The notes under the pieces were generated by a model. That model saw nothing but the letters and a program-made list of their open reading frames with translations. It was not told where the DNA came from and made no database searches. Positions 21,802 through 30,103 of a stretch of 64,000 bases of DNA are shown piece after piece; position 1 is the stretch's first letter; each line of letters starts with the position of its first letter. A program made the position numbers and the translations under genes. The stretch spans positions 7,626 through 71,625 of the forward strand of contig JBBTPY010000006.1 in NCBI GenBank assembly GCA_038065955.1, given 5' to 3'. Source of the stretch: Patescibacteria group bacterium. Its GTDB lineage: Bacteria; Patescibacteriota; Minisyncoccia; UBA6257; UBA9933.

Positions 21802-24800
21802 ATCAAATCGGATTACACAAAAAAATAGACGAGTTGCTGACAAGGGGGCCTGCTGAAGCAAAGCGTGAGGATATCTCTGCTTTGGCTTCAGCTAATCAGG
21901 ACGCACATCAATACTTTTTCACCAAGGCGGATGAGCGTTGGCTTGATTGGCTTTGGGAAAACGGATTTTTGAATGTCGTCAAGCAAAAAGCAGAAGATCC
22001 GACACGCTATGGCTATAGGACGCCGGAGATTAATTATCTTGTGAAAGTTTCCGAGAGAGAGCCAACCAAGGTGGTTGATATTATGCTTGAGGTGCCAATT
22101 TCTGCCGAGAATTTTAACCCCGAAGTAGTGGATAGATTCTTACGCATCTGCAGCGGCCTGCCGGCACCAGAGCTCAAGCGGGTAGTAAAGAAGATCCGTG
22201 ATGAAAGATGGGTTTCGCTTATGGGAGCTTTCAATGATTGGGGTTTTGAGTATGAAAAAATGCTTAAAACATTAACAGAGGCCAGCGACTTTAATAGCGT
22301 TCTTGCTATTGCCGAGGCAATACTTTCCGTGAGAACAAAGGAAGAGGCGGAAAAAACTTCACGCGGATTTTTATCTGATAACCCCTTCTACTTTAAAGAG
22401 CTAAGTTATACAAAAGTATTTGAGTACCTGCTTAAGATAGATGAGAAAAATATAGAGAAAGCGCTTACTCTAATGACCAACGCAATGAAGCAGGTAGTGC
22501 TCTTCGGGGAAAAAGATCATAAAGACGAGGTGTTTAAAGTTTATGATAGTTACTTTTTATTGGATGTAGATTTTTTTGAGCTTGAACTTACCGAGAAAGA
22601 CAGGCTTTCACACGGGGACGATGTTAAAAATCTCGCAGCCGTTATTAAGCATTATGCAGAACAAACCATAGGACAACAGTGCAACAACGAAGAGTTGATC
22701 ACAAAATTATATGATAAGTATTTTGAGCCATTGCCAGATAGCCGTTCTATGTGGCGTCTGCGATTGTTTGTGTTGAGCTTGTGTCCCGAAGCGTTTAAGA
22801 AAAAGCTCAAAAAAGCGTTCTTCCGATTGTTTGAGGTCGAGCGTTATTATAACGAGTTGATTTCTGGCACAGAATATCTAAAAGCATTACGCGTCGGATT
22901 TCCTGTTTTATCTGATACTGATAAGCGTGATTATGTAAAACGGGTCATAGAGTATTTTACAAAAAAAGACCGAGAAAAGGAGAACGAAAAAGAAAATTGG
23001 CACATAGGGTACGGCTCGAGGATTCTTTCAGTAATAGCCGATCAGCTTACTGAAGAAGAAAAACAAGTAGCTGAAAAAGCTAAATTTACCATCCGTTCTA
23101 ATTACGAACCAGAGCCGTCTATAAAAATGGGTGGATTTGCCGGCAGTATAAGGCCGAGAGGTCCGACTACCCAAGAAGCATTTGGGAAACTTCCGATAGA
23201 TGATATTGCACAAAAATTAAGAACTGAATGGAAACCAGAGAAGTTAAGAGAAGAAAACACAAATGAAGATTTTCACAACCCATTAAATGCCGAGGGTGCC
23301 GGCGAATTGTTGCGTATAGATATTTCTAAACGACTGCAAGATTATGTAAACAATGCCAACCTCTTCTTTGAACGGGGTGTATTGGATCAGCATTATACTT
23401 ATTCTTTTCTGCGAGGCATACAGGAGATTCTTCGCGGCAATAAAGCTGATTCTGGCAATATAAATTGGGATAACTTATTAGCTCTCTGTATCACAATAAA
23501 GGAATCTGGTGAGTCCAATCCTTTCGATAATGAAAGGCGCGAACGAGATAGTTTTGATGCGTGGCTTTCTGGCTGGACAGGCGTTCATTCTGCCATGACG
23601 GATGTTGTCCAAGAACTATTAAGTGAAGAAAGAAGTGTTAAAATCGATTTTCCTAAACATCGCGACAAATTTTTAGTGATTATGAGTTATCTACTCGCTT
23701 ATCCCGATCCGATTCCAGCTGATGAAGAGCCGAAAACGGCGACAATGACCACGACTTCTCCCGGCGCGCAAGAACAGATGGTGAGCGATCCGTATTCAAT
23801 GGCAATCAATACAGTGCGTGGCCGAGCATTTCAGGCTTTTGCGCTATTTATGTATCAAGACGGAAAGAAGTTTCCTAAGGAAGAAAAAGTAAAAATTTCT
23901 CCCGATGTAAAAGAGTTGTATGAGGCAGTTCTAAAAAAAGAGCAGACCCGTGCCCTTATGTTTATGTTCGGGCACTATCTGCCATCGTTCTATTTCCGAG
24001 ACAATGAATGGATACAAGGGCTATTCTCGCAGATTTTCCCCGTAGAGTCAGAAAAGAAAAACCTTTATACGGCATCTTGGGAGGGTTATGTCTCAGCCAA
24101 TCTTTATGAGGAGATATTCTTTAATCCAGAAATTCAAAAACTCTATGAACGAGGCCTCGCATTAACAGATGCGGATTATCCAAAGCAAAAGCATTTCAAA
24201 GAGCCGGATGAAGGTGTTGCTGTTCACATTGCGCTCGCTTTTATGCATTTCTCAAAATTTGGCTTTGAGCACGATCTATTCAAAACATTCTGGAGTACGC
24301 CAAATACAGAAAATCATAAAGAGTTCATTTCGTTTATTGGTCGTCATTCTATCTCACGAGAATCGGCTGCGGAATGGATAAAATATAACAAGGTTGATAT
24401 AGAGAAGCTTAAGAAATTCTGGGATTGGGCACTTGAAAACTGCAGCGCCGATGCGCTAATAGGTTTTGGTTTTTGGATCAATACAGAACGCAGTGCGCTG
24501 GATACAAAATGGCTCGCCCGGCATGCGCGCCAAACGCTCGAAAAGACAAAAGGATATGTCGAGTGGGAATATGGATTGATGCGCTCGCTCATGGCATTTG
24601 CTAAAGAAGCGCCGGAAGATACGCTTGCGATTTTGCGTGCTCATATTTTTGAAGAGGTGGCAAAACATGAGCCGGTTAGAACTTGGCTTCACATGGATAC
24701 CGAGGTTTATGACGCTTTCCGAGAACTCTATAAAAATGAGACGACCAAAGAAGGTGTTCGCACACTTATCAACGATCTCTTGCCATACCGCAACGGTATG

Positions 24801-24839
24801 TTTTGGGGGTTGAAGACGATATTAGACGAAACCAAATAA
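21798..24839 (+). CDS. Large (1013 aa) hypothetical alpha-helical protein, RM-associated, no recognisable catalytic motif
   Basis: Uninterrupted ORF translationally coupled to the upstream gene. No Walker, HD, DEAD or nuclease motifs found by eye. Composition and GC match the res/mod genes. Confidence 0.45.
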   Translation: MNQIGLHKKIDELLTRGPAEAKREDISALASANQDAHQYFFTKADERWLDWLWENGFLNVVKQKAEDPTRYGYRTPEINYLVKVSEREPTKVVDIMLEVPISAENFNPEVVDRFLRICSGLPAPELKRVVKKIRDERWVSLMGAFNDWGFEYEKMLKTLTEASDFNSVLAIAEAILSVRTKEEAEKTSRGFLSDNPFYFKELSYTKVFEYLLKIDEKNIEKALTLMTNAMKQVVLFGEKDHKDEVFKVYDSYFLLDVDFFELELTEKDRLSHGDDVKNLAAVIKHYAEQTIGQQCNNEELITKLYDKYFEPLPDSRSMWRLRLFVLSLCPEAFKKKLKKAFFRLFEVERYYNELISGTEYLKALRVGFPVLSDTDKRDYVKRVIEYFTKKDREKENEKENWHIGYGSRILSVIADQLTEEEKQVAEKAKFTIRSNYEPEPSIKMGGFAGSIRPRGPTTQEAFGKLPIDDIAQKLRTEWKPEKLREENTNEDFHNPLNAEGAGELLRIDISKRLQDYVNNANLFFERGVLDQHYTYSFLRGIQEILRGNKADSGNINWDNLLALCITIKESGESNPFDNERRERDSFDAWLSGWTGVHSAMTDVVQELLSEERSVKIDFPKHRDKFLVIMSYLLAYPDPIPADEEPKTATMTTTSPGAQEQMVSDPYSMAINTVRGRAFQAFALFMYQDGKKFPKEEKVKISPDVKELYEAVLKKEQTRALMFMFGHYLPSFYFRDNEWIQGLFSQIFPVESEKKNLYTASWEGYVSANLYEEIFFNPEIQKLYERGLALTDADYPKQKHFKEPDEGVAVHIALAFMHFSKFGFEHDLFKTFWSTPNTENHKEFISFIGRHSISRESAAEWIKYNKVDIEKLKKFWDWALENCSADALIGFGFWINTERSALDTKWLARHARQTLEKTKGYVEWEYGLMRSLMAFAKEAPEDTLAILRAHIFEEVAKHEPVRTWLHMDTEVYDAFRELYKNETTKEGVRTLINDLLPYRNGMFWGLKTILDETK

Positions 24840-24843
24840 TTTT

Positions 24844-25161
24844 ATGGACGAAGAAAAAGAGCGGCAAAAAGAAATAAGAGAAAAATTAGAAAGCGAGGGG
24901 CTTGACCCGGACGAATTTGACGAGGAAGAGCGCGAAGAACTCGCCACAGACGAATCACTGCAGAATGTTGTAGCGAACAATGTCCGACAAAGCTCCGAGC
25001 TTGAATTTAAAGGGGTTTTCAACGGCAAGGTTGACGATCAATTTGAAATTGACCGCAAATTGTGGGAACAGCTTACGAATAATCCCGAATTAAATAAGTA
25101 TATTGAGAAAAAAATGTTTAAGTATGTAGCCGATAAGATTTTAGCATTGCGAGAGGAGTAA
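24844..25161 (+). CDS. Small acidic hypothetical protein (105 aa), last gene of the RM-linked operon
   Basis: Starts 4 nt after the previous stop. N-terminal half is very acidic (E/D-rich). Confidence 0.35.
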   Translation: MDEEKERQKEIREKLESEGLDPDEFDEEEREELATDESLQNVVANNVRQSSELEFKGVFNGKVDDQFEIDRKLWEQLTNNPELNKYIEKKMFKYVADKILALREE

Positions 25162-25635
25162 ATTTTAAGACCCGCCTTTTAGTGACGGGCCTAAGGGTGG
25201 AATCGGGAGATGTATCACGAGCAATCTTTGACTTTACCTCTCCAGAGCCGATTAATCTGTTTTTTTGTGTGTAAGAATGCCTGATATACTGCGTATGGGG
25301 GGAGGACGCCATTCTTGAGGTGAGTTGCCCGATTGGTACCGAACCATTCTTCCGACCTTATTTGTGCTTGGTGTGGCCGTGGCCGGGCTTAGGAACGCGT
25401 TCGACAACATGGGTACGGGGATTGTTTCGCGCTTTCTGGACGGTAGTTAACCTGCCGGTATTTGCGCTGCGGCCACGAAGAGTAGTTTTATGAGCCATTT
25501 TAATTTTCCATCTTAATTTTTAATAAATCGACCTTTTATACTTCCATTTTTAAACCTATTTTACTTGTTGTCAAGGAGTTTTACTTATCCACTTGACAAG
25601 GTTTCTTTACAGGAGTAATATGGTAGTATAAATAC

Positions 25636-26418
25636 ATGGCTACAAACCTATACAAAAAAATAAAGGAGTTGCGTGAGCAAAACAAATTTTCTCAAGAGTA
25701 TCTGGCGGAACAACTCAAGGTCTCCCGTCCTACTTATATGCAGGTTGAAAAGGGCGAGCGAGACATTACCGTACCGGAGGCAAGAAAGCTTGCTCTGGTT
25801 TTTGGCGTGAGTTTAGAAGATTTTCTCGGCGAAGAAGTTTCAGCGCTTCCCGATGTGGTTTTAAAGAAAGAAAAAGCCAAAGAGAAAGAAAGCGATATCC
25901 GCATTATTATGCCTCGAGCGGATGTAAAAAAGTTCAAAGAAGTGCTTCTCTATGTTTTAAGCAAGATTGGAGCAAAACCGAACATTGGAGAGACCGCCCT
26001 CTACAAACTTTTGTATTTTATTGACTTTGATTTCTATGAGAAGTTTGAAGAACAGCTTACCGGGGCGCGATACATAAAAAATCATTACGGCCCCACGCCG
26101 GTTGAATTCAAGAAGATCGTTGAAGGGATGGAGAAAAAAGGAGAGGTTGAGCGCGTTAAATCGAGTTACTTTCAGTACGACCAAAAAAAATATCTGCCGC
26201 GCAGAGAACCCGATCTAAAGAATCTCTCGGCGCAGGAAATTAAACACATTGACGAAGTTCTCGCCCGATTATCAGATAAGAACGCCAACGAGCTGTCCGC
26301 CTATTCGCATAGCGATGTGCCATGGAGAGTACACAAAGCTGGAGAGACGATCAGCTACGAAAGCGTATTTTACCGAGACGAGGATCACTCTGTAAGAAAT
26401 TACGACGATGAACTTTAG
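25636..26418 (+). CDS. HTH-XRE plus Panacea (DUF4065/SocA-like) domain antitoxin
   Basis: N-terminal XRE helix-turn-helix ('SQEYLAEQLKVSRPTYMQVEKGER'). C-terminal 'TALYKLLYFIDFDFYEKFEEQLTGARYIKNHYGPTP' matches the Panacea core. Confidence 0.6.
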   Translation: MATNLYKKIKELREQNKFSQEYLAEQLKVSRPTYMQVEKGERDITVPEARKLALVFGVSLEDFLGEEVSALPDVVLKKEKAKEKESDIRIIMPRADVKKFKEVLLYVLSKIGAKPNIGETALYKLLYFIDFDFYEKFEEQLTGARYIKNHYGPTPVEFKKIVEGMEKKGEVERVKSSYFQYDQKKYLPRREPDLKNLSAQEIKHIDEVLARLSDKNANELSAYSHSDVPWRVHKAGETISYESVFYRDEDHSVRNYDDEL

Positions 26419-26752
26419 TGAAACCAATGAATTTTCAAAAGATTTCAAGCGACTCTCAAAAAAATATAGATCCCTGCCGGATGATTTGCTTGAATTCAAA
26501 AAGATCATATCAGAAATTCCTCTCGGTAGTGGGAAGCACTTTGTAGTGCTTCACGAAAACGAGGAGGTGAAAATTCTAAAGGCGCGCCTATTCTGTAAAT
26601 ATCTCAGGGGCGCGTCTTTGCGTATTATCTACGCATATCGTGAGACTACGGCAACGATTGATTTCATCGAGATTTATTATAAGGGTGAGCAGGCAAACGA
26701 AACTAAGGGCCTGATTAATGACTTTCTGCGCGAGTTAAATAAAAATGGATAA
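26408..26752 (+). CDS. RelE/ParE-superfamily type II toxin
   Basis: Overlaps the antitoxin stop (ATGA). '...LRIIYAYRETTATIDFIEIYYKGEQ' resembles the RelE/HigB/ParE C-terminal region. Confidence 0.55.
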   Translation: MNFSETNEFSKDFKRLSKKYRSLPDDLLEFKKIISEIPLGSGKHFVVLHENEEVKILKARLFCKYLRGASLRIIYAYRETTATIDFIEIYYKGEQANETKGLINDFLRELNKNG

Positions 26753-26978
26753 ACTTACAAAAATCAAATGTTTCGGATGCGGAATATTTATTGCCACCGC
26801 TATAGGCGTCGAATCACTGCCTATTATCTGCCCAAAATGTCATCATGTTTCTGCGCCGCATCTCCCGGAGCAAAATTACACCGTGCAATATCGCCAGATA
26901 TCCACCTTCGCAATTTCTGGAATTTCCGATACGGCGACAGCGAGCATTTTGCCGCAGTTTGACGCAGACACCTCATAA
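26745..26978 (+). CDS. Small zinc-ribbon protein (CxxC...CxxC)
   Basis: 'CFGCG...CPKCHH' pairs; 77 aa. May be non-coding. Confidence 0.25.
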   Translation: MDKLTKIKCFGCGIFIATAIGVESLPIICPKCHHVSAPHLPEQNYTVQYRQISTFAISGISDTATASILPQFDADTS

Positions 26979-27171
26979 CCGGTTTATAAATTTAGCTTAA
27001 TGGATAAACGCATATACCCGGGCCTTTTAGAAGCATTTATAAGCAATGGCAAAATAGCTTTAGAATATGCGGCTGGAAAGGCAAAATCTGGCTAAGGTTT
27101 GTTATAGGCAATTCATGGCAATGGTGGTCGCGATGCAGTGGTAATCTTATACAATCTCATATAGTTGATAT

Positions 27172-27531
27172 ATGAGATTGGCCACAAGCGGAAACAAGCG
27201 TTATACCAACAATATGGCAAAAAGGACTACAAAAAAACTCCATTCCGATGATAGGTTCAATACTGATTTTTGGAGAGAGCAGAGGAGGAAGACATTGATT
27301 GAGAGCACAGGAGCGTCCGTGCGGCTTTCTGGTTTAAAAATTACCAACGAGGAGGTGGAAAAAATTATTGATTCTGACAAGAGTAAAAAACTGTACCAAT
27401 GCTCGGAGTGCGGCTTCCACTATGCCGAGATGGAATGGGCAGAGAAATGCGAGGCGTGGTGCCGGAAACATAAGAGTTGCAATATCGAGATCACCGCTCA
27501 TGCCGAGGAAAACAAGAAGCCGGGTAAGTAA
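27172..27531 (+). CDS. Hypothetical protein with N-terminal motif paralogous to ORF 15729 and a C-terminal zinc-ribbon
   Basis: 'TLIESTGASVRLSGLKITNEEVEKII' shared with 15729; C-terminal 'CSECGFHYAEMEWAEKCEAWCRKHKSC'. Confidence 0.4.
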   Translation: MRLATSGNKRYTNNMAKRTTKKLHSDDRFNTDFWREQRRKTLIESTGASVRLSGLKITNEEVEKIIDSDKSKKLYQCSECGFHYAEMEWAEKCEAWCRKHKSCNIEITAHAEENKKPGK

Positions 27532-27588
27532 TCCCAGCTTCTCAATCAAGTTGATAGCATTCGGCTAAATTGATATTATATAAGTACC

Positions 27589-29112
27589 ATGAAAACTATA
27601 AAATCTATTTTTATTTCGATCCTATTTATTCCTGTTTTGGCTTTTGCCCATGAGCCGGCGGCATTGCCAAATGCAGGGCTTACTCCCGAAAGCGCTTTTT
27701 ACTTTGTTGATAAACTCGGCGAAGCATTGCGCGAATTCTTCACTTTTAACCCGGAGGCAAAAGCCCATCTTCAGATTGATTTTGCCGCCGAGCGAATCGC
27801 TGAGATAAAAATTATCTTAGAGACCAAGGGCGTGAATGCCAAGGGGTTAGAGGTGGCTCAATCCCGGCTTCAGGCAAACATTGCCAAGGCCGCTGGTATT
27901 ATTGAAGGCGAAAAATCCAAAGGGAAAGACGTAAGCGAGCTCGCAAAAAGCATTAGCGATGATTTTGATGCAAACAAAGAAGCCCTCAAGCAAGCTTTCA
28001 AAGATCAAGAACGCGCTCTTGAGGCAAAAGAAGACGAGCTTAAAGCAAAAATCCGCGAGGCAAGACGGGCCGGCGATACCGCTCAAGTTGAGGCGTTGGT
28101 AAAAGAACTCGGTGAAATTAAGGCTCAAAAAGAACTCTTGGAGCTCAAAGAAGAAGAGCAGGAAGATGCCTTAGAACAAGAAGAAGAAAAGATTGAAAGG
28201 GAGATGGATAAAAAGGAAGACGCGGAAAAGGCCATAAAAGAAGTTGAAGAGGAAAAGCAGGAATTGTTAGGTATAGTGGTTATGGATGGGAGTGGAGGTG
28301 ACGACATGACAGGGATAGTGGTCATGGACGGGAGCGGAAGCGATGACCTGTCGCAAATTTTTACTAAATTTGACCGACTACTTGCCCAAGCGAAAGAACT
28401 CTTTGCCAAAGAGAATTATGTCGGGGCAAAGCAATTAGCCAAGCAGGCAGAAAAAATCCTTGACGAGGTAGAAGACGCCATTGAAGATTTAGAAGAAGCG
28501 AAAGAAGAGGAAGATGAGTTGAAAGAAGAACAAGAAGAACAAACGAAGGAGGGGGCTGAAAAAGAAGCCGAGCGTTTAGAAAATGGGCAAAGACAAAAAG
28601 AAGCCGAAAAACAGCAAGAAGAAGCCGAGGAGCAAAGTAACGAAGCAGGTGGGGCACGGATTGTAAATCCTACGGAAAATCCATCAACCAGTAGTAATCC
28701 GCCAACGGCAAAAGACACCGGTGACTATACATTTACGATCACGGGCCGTGTGACGGATAATACATACGACCCTTCGGGAATGACGGACGGTGTTCTAGCG
28801 CCCGCTGGCGTTGTCATTCGCGCCATTGGTCCTAAAACAGTTACGACACAAACACGAACTGACGGTTCCTATACTCTCTCTTTCACGAACACGCCGCTCG
28901 GCACTTATGATGTGTGCATAACTCCTCCTTCTGGATATACGACGAATCCACTCTCCATTTCGAATTCAGAGTCAGGATGCGATAATGTGGTTGTACGATT
29001 ACGCAATGATACAACCCTTGATTTCTTTTATGGTGGTGGGCGCGCATCCCACGCGACCATTTATTTCGACTTACGGCGTACGGGGTCAGCCGAAAAGCCC
29101 ATCAACTGGTAG
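27589..29112 (+). CDS. Secreted E/K-rich coiled-coil protein with internal tandem repeat and C-terminal beta-rich (carboxypeptidase-regulatory/Ig-like) domain
   Basis: Signal peptide 'MKTIKSIFISILFIPVLAFA'; long charged helical region; duplicated 'GIVVMDGSG(G/S)DD' module; Thr/Gly-rich C-terminal ~150 aa. Confidence 0.45.
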   Translation: MKTIKSIFISILFIPVLAFAHEPAALPNAGLTPESAFYFVDKLGEALREFFTFNPEAKAHLQIDFAAERIAEIKIILETKGVNAKGLEVAQSRLQANIAKAAGIIEGEKSKGKDVSELAKSISDDFDANKEALKQAFKDQERALEAKEDELKAKIREARRAGDTAQVEALVKELGEIKAQKELLELKEEEQEDALEQEEEKIEREMDKKEDAEKAIKEVEEEKQELLGIVVMDGSGGDDMTGIVVMDGSGSDDLSQIFTKFDRLLAQAKELFAKENYVGAKQLAKQAEKILDEVEDAIEDLEEAKEEEDELKEEQEEQTKEGAEKEAERLENGQRQKEAEKQQEEAEEQSNEAGGARIVNPTENPSTSSNPPTAKDTGDYTFTITGRVTDNTYDPSGMTDGVLAPAGVVIRAIGPKTVTTQTRTDGSYTLSFTNTPLGTYDVCITPPSGYTTNPLSISNSESGCDNVVVRLRNDTTLDFFYGGGRASHATIYFDLRRTGSAEKPINW

Positions 29113-29488
29113 TAACTCACTATTGATGGTCATATTACTTATGATCACGGACCACGCTTATGATGTCACGGCAATGACACTGAGCGGTAGTTTTTCTTAT
29201 TGTCATTGCGAGAAAATTTGGTAAATAATATAAATTCAAAAAGAATTTGCCGCCTCAGCCGGAGGCTGATCTGCCTCGGGCGGAAAAGAAAAACTTGTCA
29301 TGCCTGAGGCAGATCCGCCTCTGGCGGAAAATCGTTCTTTCCGCTCCGGTTCAAGGGAGCAATCCCCGCCGTTTTATAACGTGGCCCATGCCCCTGACTC
29401 GTTGAAGTCGGCACTACACGAGATACAGCTCGCAGAACACATCTTCGAAAGGAGGAAACAGGTGAACGAAAGCCGCTTCAGCAGTAAG

Positions 29489-30034
29489 ATGGTCTTCGCT
29501 CTGACTGGCATGAGTGAGTGCGGAAAAAGTACTGTTGGTAAGTATCTCGACTCCAAGGGCATCGCGCGTCTCAAGATTGTGAAGCTTTTCGAAAGAGTCC
29601 GCGACAAGTGGTCTTCCGATGAAGAACTCTACGCGTTCGTGAGACGGCAGGAGGAACGCGACCCCCATGCTTTATGGGACGCGTTCGTCGACGAGCTGGC
29701 TACGGAGATGGATCGCCTCAGCACTAATGCCGCCTCAATCGAAAGTTTGTACGGCGGCGGACTGGGTCCATACCTCAAACAAAAGCTCGATCGACACTTC
29801 TGTGTCGTATTCCTGGACATGCCCTTAGAGATTCGTCTTGTTCGCCAGATGCAACGTGAAGGCCTTTCTGATATGGATAGTGCCCGAAAGCATCTTCTGC
29901 CACGAGATAAAATCAAGGAAAAGTCGGGAATCCCGGCGCTCAAGGAAATCGCGGGCGAAGTGGTTGACAATTCTGGGACGCTCAAGGAGCTCTACCAGAA
30001 AATAGATCAACTGGTTCAGAGATATTTCCCGTAA
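29489..30034 (+). CDS. P-loop nucleotide/nucleoside kinase (dephospho-CoA kinase-like)
   Basis: 'ALTGMSECGKSTVGKYL' Walker A near the N-terminus; C-terminal 'VVDNSGTLKELYQKI' resembles CoaE-type ends. Start taken at the internal Met; ORF track extends to 29300 through a hairpin-rich region. Confidence 0.5.
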   Translation: MVFALTGMSECGKSTVGKYLDSKGIARLKIVKLFERVRDKWSSDEELYAFVRRQEERDPHALWDAFVDELATEMDRLSTNAASIESLYGGGLGPYLKQKLDRHFCVVFLDMPLEIRLVRQMQREGLSDMDSARKHLLPRDKIKEKSGIPALKEIAGEVVDNSGTLKELYQKIDQLVQRYFP

Positions 30035-30103
30035 CCCAAGCGGCTCTTTCGAAAGATAGAGCCGCTTTTTCCAATCCACGCTAAAAACCGCTATAATACA
30101 ACT

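Noticed and set aside
25162-25635. GC-rich 470-bp non-coding gap examined for a tRNA or small RNA (for example 'gcccgattggtaccgaacc')
   Set aside because: Could not build a cloverleaf with proper acceptor, anticodon and T stems. Only the operator-like 'ttgtcaagg/cttgacaagg' repeats near the XRE-Panacea start were retained, under the toxin-antitoxin finding.
28125-28718. Four overlapping minus-strand ORFs rich in Ser/Leu
   Set aside because: Antisense shadows of the E/K-rich coiled-coil gene, whose GAA/AAG codons read as TTC/CTT on the opposite strand. No independent support.
29300-29488. 5' extension of the P-loop kinase ORF (63 extra codons)
   Set aside because: The region consists of nested hairpins and direct repeats and the peptide is Pro/Ser/Arg-rich. 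The Walker A motif follows directly after the internal Met at 29489, which is the more credible start.
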